Shown: in pieces, positions 1 through 9,615 of the stretch
Layout of the letters: each line of letters opens with the position of its first letter
How positions within the stretch are numbered: position 1 is the first letter of the stretch
Origin: a virus
DNA: 64,000 bases
Reading direction: 5' to 3' (one strand)
IMG/VR virus record: IMGVR_UViG_3300037423_000584
Made by a program: the position numbers and the translations under genes
The notes under the pieces: model-generated
What the model saw: only the letters and a program-made list of their open reading frames with translations
Database searches by the model: none
Told to the model about the DNA's origin: nothing

Positions 1-549
1 GGCGGGTATGTTTCTTGGAGACATGAATTCTTACCACGACGTATACTTTTCTCTATTCAACTTGCTATGCAAGTATCTGATTTTATTGGAGTTAAGAAAA
101 TTATTCATCTTCACTCTGATACCTATATTCATGAGAATTACGAATACAAGTTGTTAAATCATATAAAACTACTAGACGATTATATGGTTCTTGCAGACTT
201 AGCATTGGACGAGGAAGCATCAAGTCCGCTGCCTCCATTAATGCACTGGCAACCAGAAGGCTTAATGTTGAATCTTGAGAAATGTAAGAAATGCGGATAT
301 GGCTTTAGATTTAATACCTTATACAAAGGTAAGTCTTGGTTCCAGACTCATAATTGGGGATCACTTGAGGCCATTCTTGCTCAAGCCGCCGTTAAAGCTT
401 TAACTGGCAAAGATATCTTAAGTAAAAATGATGTAATTCCTCAAGAGTATTATGACAATGTTTATTTCAAAGATAAGAGAACTCATCACGGAATGTTTCC
501 TACTGGATTGGTCAATATACCCGGAGGACAACCAGATGCAATTAGATAA
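1..549 (+). CDS. Putative GT-A fold glycosyltransferase, 5' truncated by window edge
   Basis: Frame is open from base 1 (GGYVSWRHEFLPRR...); beta-strand plus 'IIHLHSDTY' resembles the DxD region of GT-A enzymes; lies in a sugar-enzyme cluster. Confidence 0.45.
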   Translation, partial: GGYVSWRHEFLPRRILFSIQLAMQVSDFIGVKKIIHLHSDTYIHENYEYKLLNHIKLLDDYMVLADLALDEEASSPLPPLMHWQPEGLMLNLEKCKKCGYGFRFNTLYKGKSWFQTHNWGSLEAILAQAAVKALTGKDILSKNDVIPQEYYDNVYFKDKRTHHGMFPTGLVNIPGGQPDAIR

Positions 550-724
550 AGAAACACAAGAACAAACAGACAAAGTTAAATTTCTTATAAAAGAACTTAA
601 TGAATTGTCCGATAAATTATGCGAAAAAGGCATATATATAGAACTCGATACTTATACCACACAAACAATGCGTAATAGCTGTGCATGTAATTATCATACT
701 GTTAAGATAACGAAAGTGATTTAA
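536..724 (+). CDS. Hypothetical protein (62 aa)
   Basis: GGAGG RBS at 523-527 precedes ATG 536 (MQLDKETQEQ...), a better start than 452. Confidence 0.6.
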   Translation: MQLDKETQEQTDKVKFLIKELNELSDKLCEKGIYIELDTYTTQTMRNSCACNYHTVKITKVI

Positions 725-1372
725 ATGAAATGGACGTTTGGATTAATTACAGATGGATCTGATTATTTAAGAAATAGAAGAATAATAGATTCAATATTTC
801 AACAAAAAATACCAGAAGATTCTTTTGAAGTAATTGTTGTTGGAGGAGCAGTCGTATCTGGTAGAAATATAACTCATGTAACTTTTGATGAAAGACCAAA
901 ATCTGGTCATATAACAAAGAAAAAGAATATAGTATTTAAGCAAGCTAAATTTGATAATATATCAATCGGACATGATTATATTCAATATGATCACGGATGG
1001 TATGATGGATTTGAAAAATTTGGTGAGGATTGGGACTGTTCGATGGCGAAGATTATCAATAAAGATGGGCTTCGTTTTCGCGATTGGGTATCTTGGTACA
1101 ATGATGGATCAACACAGCCAGATAAACATACAGTACAGTTTATAGATTATAATGATAATAGTAAAACTGATAAAATGTATATTAGTGGTGCTTATTACTG
1201 TATTAAAAAACAATTTGCCCTTAAGTATAAACTAGACGAATCGAAGACATGGGGATTTTCAGAAGATGTTGATTTTAGCCTTAGAGCTAGAAATTCTTGG
1301 AATTACAGAATGAACCAGAATTCATCTGTATCATTTTTGAAGATGAAAGACCATTGGCCACTACATAAGTAA
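725..1372 (+). CDS. Glycosyltransferase family 2-like protein
   Basis: N-terminal 'WTFGLIT', 'FEVIVVGG', 'HITKKKN', HDY at the DxD position, 'GFSEDVDFSLR' GT2-type C-terminal motif. Confidence 0.75.
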   Translation: MKWTFGLITDGSDYLRNRRIIDSIFQQKIPEDSFEVIVVGGAVVSGRNITHVTFDERPKSGHITKKKNIVFKQAKFDNISIGHDYIQYDHGWYDGFEKFGEDWDCSMAKIINKDGLRFRDWVSWYNDGSTQPDKHTVQFIDYNDNSKTDKMYISGAYYCIKKQFALKYKLDESKTWGFSEDVDFSLRARNSWNYRMNQNSSVSFLKMKDHWPLHK

Positions 1373-1381
1373 AGAATAACG

Positions 1382-2065
1382 ATGATTAATTTTAATGAAA
1401 TAGTAAATACTGTTAATAATAATTTTGATATCAAGCTTGCTTGGGGCGATAGAAGTCTAGGGATGGCTAATCATATTCATCCTTGTTCTATCACAGAAAA
1501 AGAAGCAAACTTTATTAAGGATTTTATCGTAACTCATAATCTTAAAGCAGGTTATGAAGTTGCCACTGCTTTTGGTTTGTCGGCATTATCTGCCGGTCTA
1601 GGCTTTAAGGAAACCAATGGTAAGTTAGTTACGATGGATTCTTATATTGAAGAACATTATGGTGATTGTGGAGCTTATAACGAACATCAGAATGAGAAAT
1701 ATTATGATGCAGATGGTTATAAATTAGCCAAATGGTTATTCGATTATTACAAAGTTCCTGTCTCTCTTGAGGTTGGATTTAGTCCTAATGATACAGCAAG
1801 TGTTATTAAAAAGCATCATGGAAACAATAAGTTAGACTTTGTGTTTATTGATGCACTTCATACTGATCAAGCTTTAATTCAAGATACAGAAGCAGTTTTG
1901 CCATTCTTGGCTGATAAGTTCGTAGTCTTTTGGCATGACCAACATTGTCACCAAGATGCAGCTAAGAATTATATTAGAGATAAGTTTGGAAAGAAATGGT
2001 CAATACCTTTCAATCCAGATGCAAGAGATAACTATGGACTGTGTTACGTAACAAATATAGCATGA
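1382..2065 (+). CDS. Class I SAM-dependent methyltransferase (Methyltransf_24-like)
   Basis: 'YEVATAFGLS' motif I, 'LDFVFIDALH', 'VVFWHD' typical of this family. Confidence 0.8.
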   Translation: MINFNEIVNTVNNNFDIKLAWGDRSLGMANHIHPCSITEKEANFIKDFIVTHNLKAGYEVATAFGLSALSAGLGFKETNGKLVTMDSYIEEHYGDCGAYNEHQNEKYYDADGYKLAKWLFDYYKVPVSLEVGFSPNDTASVIKKHHGNNKLDFVFIDALHTDQALIQDTEAVLPFLADKFVVFWHDQHCHQDAAKNYIRDKFGKKWSIPFNPDARDNYGLCYVTNIA

Positions 2066-2883
2066 AATACTTCGATGTCTTTACAGGCGGTGGGGGATTC
2101 CACTTAGGAATGCCTAATAATTTCAAATGTGTCGGTTTCTCTGAGATAGATAAATGGTGCGATGCTGTTCTTAAATATAGATTTCCAGATATTAAGAACT
2201 ATGGAGATATAACAAAGTTAGATACTAAAGAAGTTGAAGACTTTGATTTATTAGTTGGAGGCTCTCCATGTCAAGGACTTTCTTCTGCCGGAAAACGTGT
2301 TAGTTTAGAAGATCCAAGAAGCAACTTATTTTATCAATATATCAGAGTCTTAAAAGAAAAACAACCAAAATACTTTCTATGGGAAAACGTACAAAATACG
2401 TTATCAATAAACAATGGCAAAGACTTCGAGGAAATCAAGAAAAACTTTATTGACGCAGGGTATAGTTTCATCTGGCAAGTTATTGATACCTCAGAATTTG
2501 GTATACCCCTTAGACGAGATCGGTTATTCATTGCAGGATATCTTGGAGCCTTGCCCGAACGAGAAATACTTCCTTTCGGAAAAAAAGATCCAAGTAACTC
2601 TAAAATGGATCGACAACTTACACCCCTACTCACGGCAACAGATCAACGCGGCTTCTCAAAACAAAGACAACGTATAATTATTGCAGATAAAGGTAGGCTT
2701 AGATATTTTACCCCATTAGAACGAGAAAGACTGATGGGATGGCCAGACGATCATACTAAGTACGGCATCTATAATAATCAAGTAGTAGAAATGAAAGATG
2801 CTTATAGGATAAGAATGACCGGCAACGGAGTACATTCCACAATAGTTAATATATTAATAAATCATTTCTTTGTAAATATATGA
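2062..2883 (+). CDS. dcm: C5 cytosine DNA methyltransferase
   Basis: Motifs FTGGGG, GDI, GGSPCQ, WENV, RxRxF, ERLMGWP, GNGV; ATG 2062 overlaps the upstream TGA. Confidence 0.93.
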   Translation: MKYFDVFTGGGGFHLGMPNNFKCVGFSEIDKWCDAVLKYRFPDIKNYGDITKLDTKEVEDFDLLVGGSPCQGLSSAGKRVSLEDPRSNLFYQYIRVLKEKQPKYFLWENVQNTLSINNGKDFEEIKKNFIDAGYSFIWQVIDTSEFGIPLRRDRLFIAGYLGALPEREILPFGKKDPSNSKMDRQLTPLLTATDQRGFSKQRQRIIIADKGRLRYFTPLERERLMGWPDDHTKYGIYNNQVVEMKDAYRIRMTGNGVHSTIVNILINHFFVNI

Positions 2884-3533
2884 AAAACAAAATTAAATTA
2901 GTGGCGTTTGATCTTGATGGTGTTTTAATCGATTTATGCGAATCTCATAAGATTGCCTTAAATAAGGCTCTTAAAGAAGTTTCTAATTATGAAATATCAG
3001 ATCAACGCCATAATGATACATTCAACGGCTTACCTACTAAGGTAAAGCTACACATTCTTTCAGAAGAGAATATAGTCAAAACAGAAGATATTGATAAGAT
3101 TTGCGAACTTAAACAGAAATATACAGTCGAAGAGATACAAAAATTCTCTACGGATTGGAGCAAGGTCCGTATGATGGAGGTTCTTAAGGATCTTGATGTC
3201 AAGATTGCTGTAGTTTCTAATAGTATCAGAAGCACTGTAGAATTGGCTTTAAAACAAATTGGTATTTATGAATATGTTAATTTGATTGTTTCTAATGAAG
3301 ATATTGCTAAACCTAAGCCTGCACCCGATGGTTATCGATATGCCATACTTCTTATGGGTGTTTCTAGAGATGATACTTTGTTAATTGAGGACTCGGATGT
3401 TGGCTTTAGAGCGGCTTTAGAAACTGGTGCTAATATTATTAGAGTAAAAGACGCATCAGAAGTAACAATAGAAACCATTAATAAATATCTTGGATATGAT
3501 AAGACAGATGATTTATTTGAAGGATTAAAATGA
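2880..3533 (+). CDS. HAD-superfamily phosphatase
   Basis: FDLDGVL motif I, VVSNS, KPKPAPDGY, IEDSDVG. Confidence 0.9.
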   Translation: MKNKIKLVAFDLDGVLIDLCESHKIALNKALKEVSNYEISDQRHNDTFNGLPTKVKLHILSEENIVKTEDIDKICELKQKYTVEEIQKFSTDWSKVRMMEVLKDLDVKIAVVSNSIRSTVELALKQIGIYEYVNLIVSNEDIAKPKPAPDGYRYAILLMGVSRDDTLLIEDSDVGFRAALETGANIIRVKDASEVTIETINKYLGYDKTDDLFEGLK

Positions 3534-4249
3534 ATATATTAATCTGCATGGCTGGACGAGGTAAAAGATTTGTCGATGCTGGTTATGACAAACCAAAGCC
3601 TTTTATTGACGTAAAAGGCGAACCGATGATAGCAAGAGTTATAAACAATCTTGATATCTGGTGGAAAAACAAGTATATATTTGTATGTCTAAAAGACTTT
3701 ATAGACAAATATGGCAATGAATTTAAATCATATATTGGTAATATAAATCATGAAATTATAATGGTAGATCAAGTAACAGAAGGTGCTGCTTGTTCGTGTT
3801 TATTAGCAAAAAATCTAATAAATAATAATGAAGAATTAGTGATAACCGACTGTGATCATTTAACACATGATATTAACTGGCTTTTAGGAGGTGTTGATTT
3901 TTTCAATGCTAAAAATGCAGATGGTGGTATATGGAATCTTTGGAACGACAATCCAAAATGGTCATATGTTCGTATTTCTAATGGAGTTATAACAGAAGTT
4001 GCTGAGAAATCAATTATTAGCAATATTGCAAACACTGGAACGTATTGGTTTAAACATGGTAAAGATTTCGTAGATGCTGCCGAAAGAATGATTCAAAGAA
4101 ATGATAGAACTAAAGGGGAATTCTATGTAGCTCCTGTTTATAATTATATGATTGCTGATGGCAAGAAGATTTTGCCATATTTTACAAATCAATTTGTTGG
4201 ACTGGGTACACCAGAAGATCTTGAAAAATACTTAAAGGATAATAAATGA
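3530..4249 (+). CDS. Sugar-phosphate nucleotidyltransferase (NTP_transferase / GT-A family)
   Basis: 'ICMAGRGKRF..AGYDKPKPFIDV', TEGAA, DCD, EFYVAPVYN, LGTPEDL. Confidence 0.9.
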   Translation: MNILICMAGRGKRFVDAGYDKPKPFIDVKGEPMIARVINNLDIWWKNKYIFVCLKDFIDKYGNEFKSYIGNINHEIIMVDQVTEGAACSCLLAKNLINNNEELVITDCDHLTHDINWLLGGVDFFNAKNADGGIWNLWNDNPKWSYVRISNGVITEVAEKSIISNIANTGTYWFKHGKDFVDAAERMIQRNDRTKGEFYVAPVYNYMIADGKKILPYFTNQFVGLGTPEDLEKYLKDNK

Positions 4250-4473
4250 TAGGATGGATAGGAACAGTAATAAATCTTACAGGATTATATTTTAATGCTA
4301 GATCAAATAAGTATGGATGGATATTGTGGATGATTGGATCATTTTTTTCAATGATTCATTGTTACATTAATAAGGACTGGTCAAATTTTGTTTTATTTTC
4401 CATATATCAACTTGGAAATTCTTATGGAATTTATAATAATTTTATAAAGAAAAATGCAAATATACAATCTTGA
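4246..4473 (+). CDS. Small membrane protein, PnuC/PQ-loop-like
   Basis: Three hydrophobic segments with the 'GWIG...G.Y.NA....GWILW' pattern. Confidence 0.6.
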   Translation: MIGWIGTVINLTGLYFNARSNKYGWILWMIGSFFSMIHCYINKDWSNFVLFSIYQLGNSYGIYNNFIKKNANIQS

Positions 4474-4795
4474 AAATTTTAAACGCGGATGGATTTGCGG
4501 TGGATTTTCTCCTTCGTTATTTAAGTCAGATATAGAAATAGGAATTCATTCATATCCAAGTGGCACGGTTCATCAAGCACACTACCACAAATTGGCATCA
4601 GAATTTAACATAGTAACAAACGGTACTTGTTTGTTTAGATTCATGGAAGAATCTAATATAGAAGACGTATATGCCAAAAAGGGTGATATTGTCCTTATTG
4701 AACCGTATGAGATAGTTGAATTCGTAGCAACAAATGATTGTGATTTAACTGTAATAAAAACTTCTAGTAATCCAAATGATAAATATTTGGCATAA
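4454..4795 (+). CDS. Cupin-domain protein
   Basis: 'GWICGGFSPS', 'HYHKLASE', 'KGDIVLIEPYE' cupin motifs; this family often accompanies HAD and NTP-transferase genes. Confidence 0.8.
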   Translation: MQIYNLENFKRGWICGGFSPSLFKSDIEIGIHSYPSGTVHQAHYHKLASEFNIVTNGTCLFRFMEESNIEDVYAKKGDIVLIEPYEIVEFVATNDCDLTVIKTSSNPNDKYLA

Positions 4796-4941
4796 AATGT
4801 TATTCTTTATCTTTTGGAGGCAACAAATCTATTTTAAAACTATGTGACATAATATATAATAATTCAAATACATACTTAGATAGAAAATATAAAAAATATT
4901 TAGAATTGAAGGAATATTGTAACGATAAGTATATCATATGA
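4795..4941 (+). pseudogene. C-terminal relic of a LAGLIDADG-type homing endonuclease
   Basis: Startless frame KCYSLSFGGNKSILKLCDIIYNNSNTYLDRKYKKY... ends in a TGA overlapping the dnaQ ATG. Confidence 0.65.
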
Positions 4942-5714
4942 TAAATATTAAAAATTACGCTAATAATATTATAAATAAGATCAATAGAAAGATTGTTTTT
5001 ACAGACGTAGAAACAACTGGTACAGATGTAACAAAAGACGAAATTATCCAATTTGGTGCAATAGTGATTGAACCAAAGAAGGGTATTAATGAATATGAAT
5101 TCTTTATAAAGCCTAGCTTTCTAGTTCCACAATCTGCAATTGATATTCATGGAATTACCAATGAGAAACTAGAAAATCAAGGATCATTTGGTGATTATGC
5201 AAAAGATATAGTTGCTATATTTCGTGATGCAGATATTGGTGGATTTAACGTAAGATTCGATCTTCAAATTCTTGATAGACAATTAGAAGATTCTGGATAC
5301 TTTGGAGTATTTGATCAAGCAAATATATATGATAGTTTTTCTATCTTTAAAGATCATCTTCCACGCAATCTTGGTGCTGCTTATAAGCACTATGGCTTTG
5401 GTGAATTAGAAAATGCTCACGATGCAATGCAAGATATTAAAGCATCACTAGTTGTATTTTCCAAGCAATTAGATATTGAAAATACAGAAGATCCAATAAA
5501 TATATCAAGGAAGTATAATATGTCCTATGATAGTAGAATTGGATTCTCTGATCATATCATCATCAAGGATGGAAAACCATACATCAACTTCGGTAAACAC
5601 AAAGGCACCGAACTTAAGATGGTAGATAAAAGCTATCTTAGATGGGTAGTAGATAAGAGTGATCTACCATGGAAAGTAAAGGAATATGTCAAAGAATATA
5701 TTAAAACTAATTGA
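4938..5714 (+). CDS. dnaQ: DEDDh 3'-5' exonuclease (DNA Pol III epsilon-like) with C-terminal FGKHKG domain
   Basis: DVETTG, IHGIT, GFNVRFD, HDAMQD; C-terminal NFGKHKG..YLRW. Confidence 0.9.
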   Translation: MINIKNYANNIINKINRKIVFTDVETTGTDVTKDEIIQFGAIVIEPKKGINEYEFFIKPSFLVPQSAIDIHGITNEKLENQGSFGDYAKDIVAIFRDADIGGFNVRFDLQILDRQLEDSGYFGVFDQANIYDSFSIFKDHLPRNLGAAYKHYGFGELENAHDAMQDIKASLVVFSKQLDIENTEDPINISRKYNMSYDSRIGFSDHIIIKDGKPYINFGKHKGTELKMVDKSYLRWVVDKSDLPWKVKEYVKEYIKTN

Positions 5715-6180
5715 TGATATTTACTTTTATTCCTGCGAAAAGCTTAATGGAATACTAATTAATGAAGAAATAGATCCCATTATAGATCAATTAATTACTG
5801 CTGTTATAGTAAATATATTAGAAAAAGACAAATTAGATAAAGACGATATAGAGTTATTGTCACACGTTAAGAACTATGATTTGTCGAATATACAAAGTAA
5901 CGATATTTTTGGTCTAATACAGAAGATGTCTGTTATAGCTAGGGAAAATTCCCACGGTGCTTGTATATTATATAGAGTCTTTGTTACTTCTGATGCATAC
6001 AAGCAACTACTTGAATCAACTGGACAAAAGTCTGTTAAAAACATAACAATAGGCAAGGTCCAAATAAAACCATGCGATGAAGTTACTAAAGATATTGGTG
6101 TTTCTGTATACGGTATATGTAAATCAAAATTTAATATAAGTCCAATTAAGTTAATACTTACTGGAAAAATAGGAGAATAA
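5686..6180 (+). CDS. Hypothetical protein
   Basis: Long ORF tightly packed in the operon. Confidence 0.6.
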   Translation: MSKNILKLIDDIYFYSCEKLNGILINEEIDPIIDQLITAVIVNILEKDKLDKDDIELLSHVKNYDLSNIQSNDIFGLIQKMSVIARENSHGACILYRVFVTSDAYKQLLESTGQKSVKNITIGKVQIKPCDEVTKDIGVSVYGICKSKFNISPIKLILTGKIGE

Positions 6181-6181
6181 G

Positions 6182-6364
6182 ATGTCACAAGAGTATGTAA
6201 CAAAGCCAAATTCCTCTGCTGGTTATAAGATTGATCGGCGTGCAACAATCAATGAACCTCTTAAGCCTGTAAGTTCTGATATCCTTGGTGGACCAGAAAA
6301 TATTAAGACTTCTGGGGTTAATGTATCGCCAGATGTTGTTCCAGGTCTCCCATATGGATCATAA
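6182..6364 (+). CDS. Hypothetical protein (60 aa)
   Basis: AGGAG RBS upstream, tight packing. Confidence 0.6.
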   Translation: MSQEYVTKPNSSAGYKIDRRATINEPLKPVSSDILGGPENIKTSGVNVSPDVVPGLPYGS

Positions 6365-6369
6365 TAATA

Positions 6370-6954
6370 ATGGGAAACAATTATAGATTCGATGATAGAG
6401 ATCTTAATACCTTTAAAAAGGATATTAAGAGTTCTCACGTAAAAGAGGCTGATATTGCTGTAAGAATCTGTATCGATATTTATAATAAGACGAAAAAGTG
6501 GCCTTCGTTAGAACCTACTGGAACAGATATGACAGGAGAATATGTTTCTAATCAAAGAAATATATCATATACTCCTGATTTTAGAATAAACGATATTTTT
6601 ACTGAGATTACCAGAAGTGATGTTGATTGTAAACGATATTTTCATCAAAAATCTGGTAAAATCGATAAATATATAGTTAATAAAAATACACTGGTATTTG
6701 TAAATAATTATCTTTCTGATCCAAAGTATATCTGGCTGGATACAAAGCAAATAGAAGAATTCACACAAAGAGCAAAGTCAAAATATGGCTCTGTATTACA
6801 TCCAGGATCTGGTCATAATAAAGCTACTAATAAATCCGCATATAGATACGACATATATTGGTTTGATGAACAAAAATTATGGCAACCATTACCTAAATTA
6901 ATTAAGTCAATTCCAGAATCATATAAAGTGATTCTTAATATGGTTAAGGTGTAA
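6370..6954 (+). CDS. Hypothetical protein, possible PD-(D/E)XK nuclease
   Basis: 'YTPDFRINDIFTEITRS' resembles a PD...ExK-type core. Confidence 0.45.
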   Translation: MGNNYRFDDRDLNTFKKDIKSSHVKEADIAVRICIDIYNKTKKWPSLEPTGTDMTGEYVSNQRNISYTPDFRINDIFTEITRSDVDCKRYFHQKSGKIDKYIVNKNTLVFVNNYLSDPKYIWLDTKQIEEFTQRAKSKYGSVLHPGSGHNKATNKSAYRYDIYWFDEQKLWQPLPKLIKSIPESYKVILNMVKV

Positions 6955-6955
6955 T

Positions 6956-7264
6956 ATGTCAAGACAAGTCAAAACTCATACTTTTATGGGTAAAAAGTAT
7001 AATATAAAGTTTTTACCTCCATCAAAGATGGGTAATGATTATGGAACTTGCGACAATCCAAATACTGCTAACAAAACGATTAAAATAGATAATTCTTTAT
7101 CTGGTAAGAAGTTATTAGAAATTTTATGTCACGAATCTGGTCATGCATTCTTTTATCAACACGATGAAGAAACTGTTGAACAATTCGGCAAAGATTTATC
7201 CGACTTCTTATGGAGACTTGGTTATAGGAATGTAAACGAATTACCAAAACAAGAAGAAAATTAA
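6956..7264 (+). CDS. Small HExxH zinc metallopeptidase-like protein
   Basis: 'G.CD.P....IKID...LCHESGHA...DEETVE' minimal zincin motif. Confidence 0.7.
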   Translation: MSRQVKTHTFMGKKYNIKFLPPSKMGNDYGTCDNPNTANKTIKIDNSLSGKKLLEILCHESGHAFFYQHDEETVEQFGKDLSDFLWRLGYRNVNELPKQEEN

Positions 7265-7265
7265 T

Positions 7266-7628
7266 ATGGGAATTTTTGATTCAACTATTGTACGTTATTA
7301 TAGATGCACAGACGAGAAGTGTCAAGGTGAAATCTGTGTAGAAGAGAAAGTAAAAGATGATTGGCAAACTAAATGTCCATTCTGTGGTCTGGAAAGTCTT
7401 ATCCTTGATAGAGCAGATTCCAATATATCTATCTTTATGGATTATAGTAAACCAAAGACTATAGGTGCATTAGCCGAACAAAATACAAAGGAAAAGATTA
7501 AAACAGGCGAAATGGAGCAGATTCAAAAAGAAGAAAGAAAAAATCTTCCTTTCTGGCGTAAATCAAAGAAGATTAATTATCAAGTATTAAAGAATCCACA
7601 AAAATACATAAGAGAGGGTAAAGTATAA
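7266..7628 (+). CDS. Zinc-ribbon protein (FmdB-like)
   Basis: YRCTDEKC...CPFCG followed by 'KTIGALAEQN'. Confidence 0.6.
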   Translation: MGIFDSTIVRYYRCTDEKCQGEICVEEKVKDDWQTKCPFCGLESLILDRADSNISIFMDYSKPKTIGALAEQNTKEKIKTGEMEQIQKEERKNLPFWRKSKKINYQVLKNPQKYIREGKV

Positions 7629-7629
7629 T

Positions 7630-7938
7630 ATGCCCGAAGGATTTAATATTCTAGAGGAATCAAATCTTAAGTGTGCCGATTGCAATACAAATCTATTAAG
7701 TGTCATTTTAACAGAAACAAATGATACTCGTAAATCTAAGAAATTACAAGAACTTAACGCAAGATATAAAGTTTCAAAATGCTGCTATTGTGGAGGCTCT
7801 AGCTTCCTTTCAAAAATATATAGCGGTACTAGTGTTGTTTCAGCATCTAAAGATAATATAATTTTGGATGTAGAAGACACATATTTCGATGACGATAATA
7901 ATATAGTTACGATAATTACAACGAGAAAGAAGTCATGA
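7630..7938 (+). CDS. Hypothetical zinc-finger protein
   Basis: CADC...CCYCGG. Confidence 0.55.
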   Translation: MPEGFNILEESNLKCADCNTNLLSVILTETNDTRKSKKLQELNARYKVSKCCYCGGSSFLSKIYSGTSVVSASKDNIILDVEDTYFDDDNNIVTIITTRKKS

Positions 7939-8300
7939 GCGATTCATTAAATTTACAAGACGCAATAACTAGACCAAAAGATTCTACAGAACAAAGTGCA
8001 ACTATTCTTAAGTATGATAGGAATGGTAAGGGATTAGATAAACTAGATAATTCCAAACTTTGTGCAGAATCTATAGTCAATGGCAATATATCTATTTTTA
8101 AGATCAAGGCCAAGCGTGGTGGTCAGTTTTATAATCCATTAAAGGATAATAGCAACTATGGCTTGGACAAGAAAGATAAAGTCACCAAAGACGACATGTT
8201 TAAGCTTAGAGAAGTAAAAGAAACAGCATTCAAGAATTATGTTCAGTTTCTGAAAACAAAGCAAGATTCATTCCTATTTATAGCAGAAAGAGAAGTATAA
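7935..8300 (+). CDS. Hypothetical protein
   Basis: ATGA overlap with the upstream gene, operon packing. Confidence 0.6.
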   Translation: MSDSLNLQDAITRPKDSTEQSATILKYDRNGKGLDKLDNSKLCAESIVNGNISIFKIKAKRGGQFYNPLKDNSNYGLDKKDKVTKDDMFKLREVKETAFKNYVQFLKTKQDSFLFIAEREV

Positions 8301-8301
8301 G

Positions 8302-8646
8302 ATGTCCGGCAATGAGACTAATCACAATGATTGGGTTGAGAATCTAACAAATGATATCTCAGAGTTTCTATCGAGCAACAAAAGTATTAAGTTCAATACT
8401 CATAGAAATAGAAAAGCAATTATTTCTAAAATCAACTCAATGATTAAGGAATCTATTGCTACCAATACTGGTCAAATAAATAAAGAAGGATTCGTCACTA
8501 AGACTGAATCTGCTATTACTAAGATTCGTCCAGATGCTGAACCTTCGTATCGTCCTACTGTTATGACTGAAGAATTGTCTTCCAAGGGCGATGAATCATT
8601 AGAACGAACTATGTCTAAGAATAAAAATGGCACTAGAGTATGGTAA
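8302..8646 (+). CDS. Hypothetical protein
   Basis: Operon packing. Confidence 0.6.
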   Translation: MSGNETNHNDWVENLTNDISEFLSSNKSIKFNTHRNRKAIISKINSMIKESIATNTGQINKEGFVTKTESAITKIRPDAEPSYRPTVMTEELSSKGDESLERTMSKNKNGTRVW

Positions 8647-9002
8647 GATGGAATATAACATTCAATGACGGCACTAATCTTACTGGTATGACTGATGATG
8701 GAAGTTGGAAACTAGTACCAGATTTTATAAACAGAAAGAATCTAAAGATCGTTTCCATGAATATTGGAAACGATTTTGGTATAGGCAGGATAGATAATAA
8801 CTGTGATGGATATTATCTAAATAATAAAATCATTGCTATAATGCAATCAAAACAACAGGTCAGAATGGTGGGAATAGGATATTGGCGTAAGCATGAATCT
8901 GTTGTTAGAATAAAGTGGTACAATGCTGATAACATGGAACTTATCAAAACAGAAGCACAACCAGTTAATGAAATAAAACAAGCTTTAATTAAAAATATAT
9001 GA
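8640..9002 (+). CDS. Hypothetical protein
   Basis: Operon packing. Confidence 0.6.
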   Translation: MVRWNITFNDGTNLTGMTDDGSWKLVPDFINRKNLKIVSMNIGNDFGIGRIDNNCDGYYLNNKIIAIMQSKQQVRMVGIGYWRKHESVVRIKWYNADNMELIKTEAQPVNEIKQALIKNI

Positions 9003-9568
9003 ACATAGATTGGAAAACAGTCCCTTATAATCACAAGTGGGAAAAATCATTTACATCTATATTCGATCCGTCTGGTAAAGTAACATTTCCGCAGTTAATT
9101 GCGGAAATGATTCTTTTTAATAGAGAACAATATATAAATTCATTTCAAAAGCTTCCAAGAGGTCCTGGTTGGAGTAATGCAATCCAGCGACAAGTAAGAT
9201 CTCTTGTTCAGCAAGCAATAGTTGTTTGTAATTACTTTCCAGATATAAAGACAGAGCCATTAGTTATAGTAGCTTTTAAAAGCTTTATTAAAAATAACAG
9301 AGTCTTTAAGATAGGTCAATATAGAAAGACCCGAATTACAAAACAAGGCAAAGTTAATATTACTCAAGATGAAAAAGATGTAGTTAAAGGTATATCTAAA
9401 GAACTTGATAAATTAATTTCTGCTAGAGATTGTACAAAGTCTGTTGTGGAAGAAATAAAGATTCCAGAACAGAAGCAAGTCTCATTCGCAACAAATAGGA
9501 ATAAACAAACATCTAAATCTAACCTATTGTCATTAATGGAGTTAGAGAATAAAATAAACAAATCTTAA
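8999..9568 (+). CDS. Hypothetical protein
   Basis: ATGA overlap, 189 aa ORF. Confidence 0.6.
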   Translation: MNIDWKTVPYNHKWEKSFTSIFDPSGKVTFPQLIAEMILFNREQYINSFQKLPRGPGWSNAIQRQVRSLVQQAIVVCNYFPDIKTEPLVIVAFKSFIKNNRVFKIGQYRKTRITKQGKVNITQDEKDVVKGISKELDKLISARDCTKSVVEEIKIPEQKQVSFATNRNKQTSKSNLLSLMELENKINKS

Positions 9569-9615
9569 AAACACATCGGCATATACCCGATAGTTAGTTC
9601 AAAAAAGGAATAAAT

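Noticed and set aside
67-549. Thymidylate synthase C-terminus
   Set aside because: The 'IIHLHSDTYIHEN' stretch only superficially resembles it. The upstream RSxD/N motifs are absent, and a GT-A-like assignment fits the context better.
9575-9591. Small hairpin ATCGG/CCGAT upstream of recA
   Set aside because: Only 5 bp with no U-tract, too weak to assign a function.
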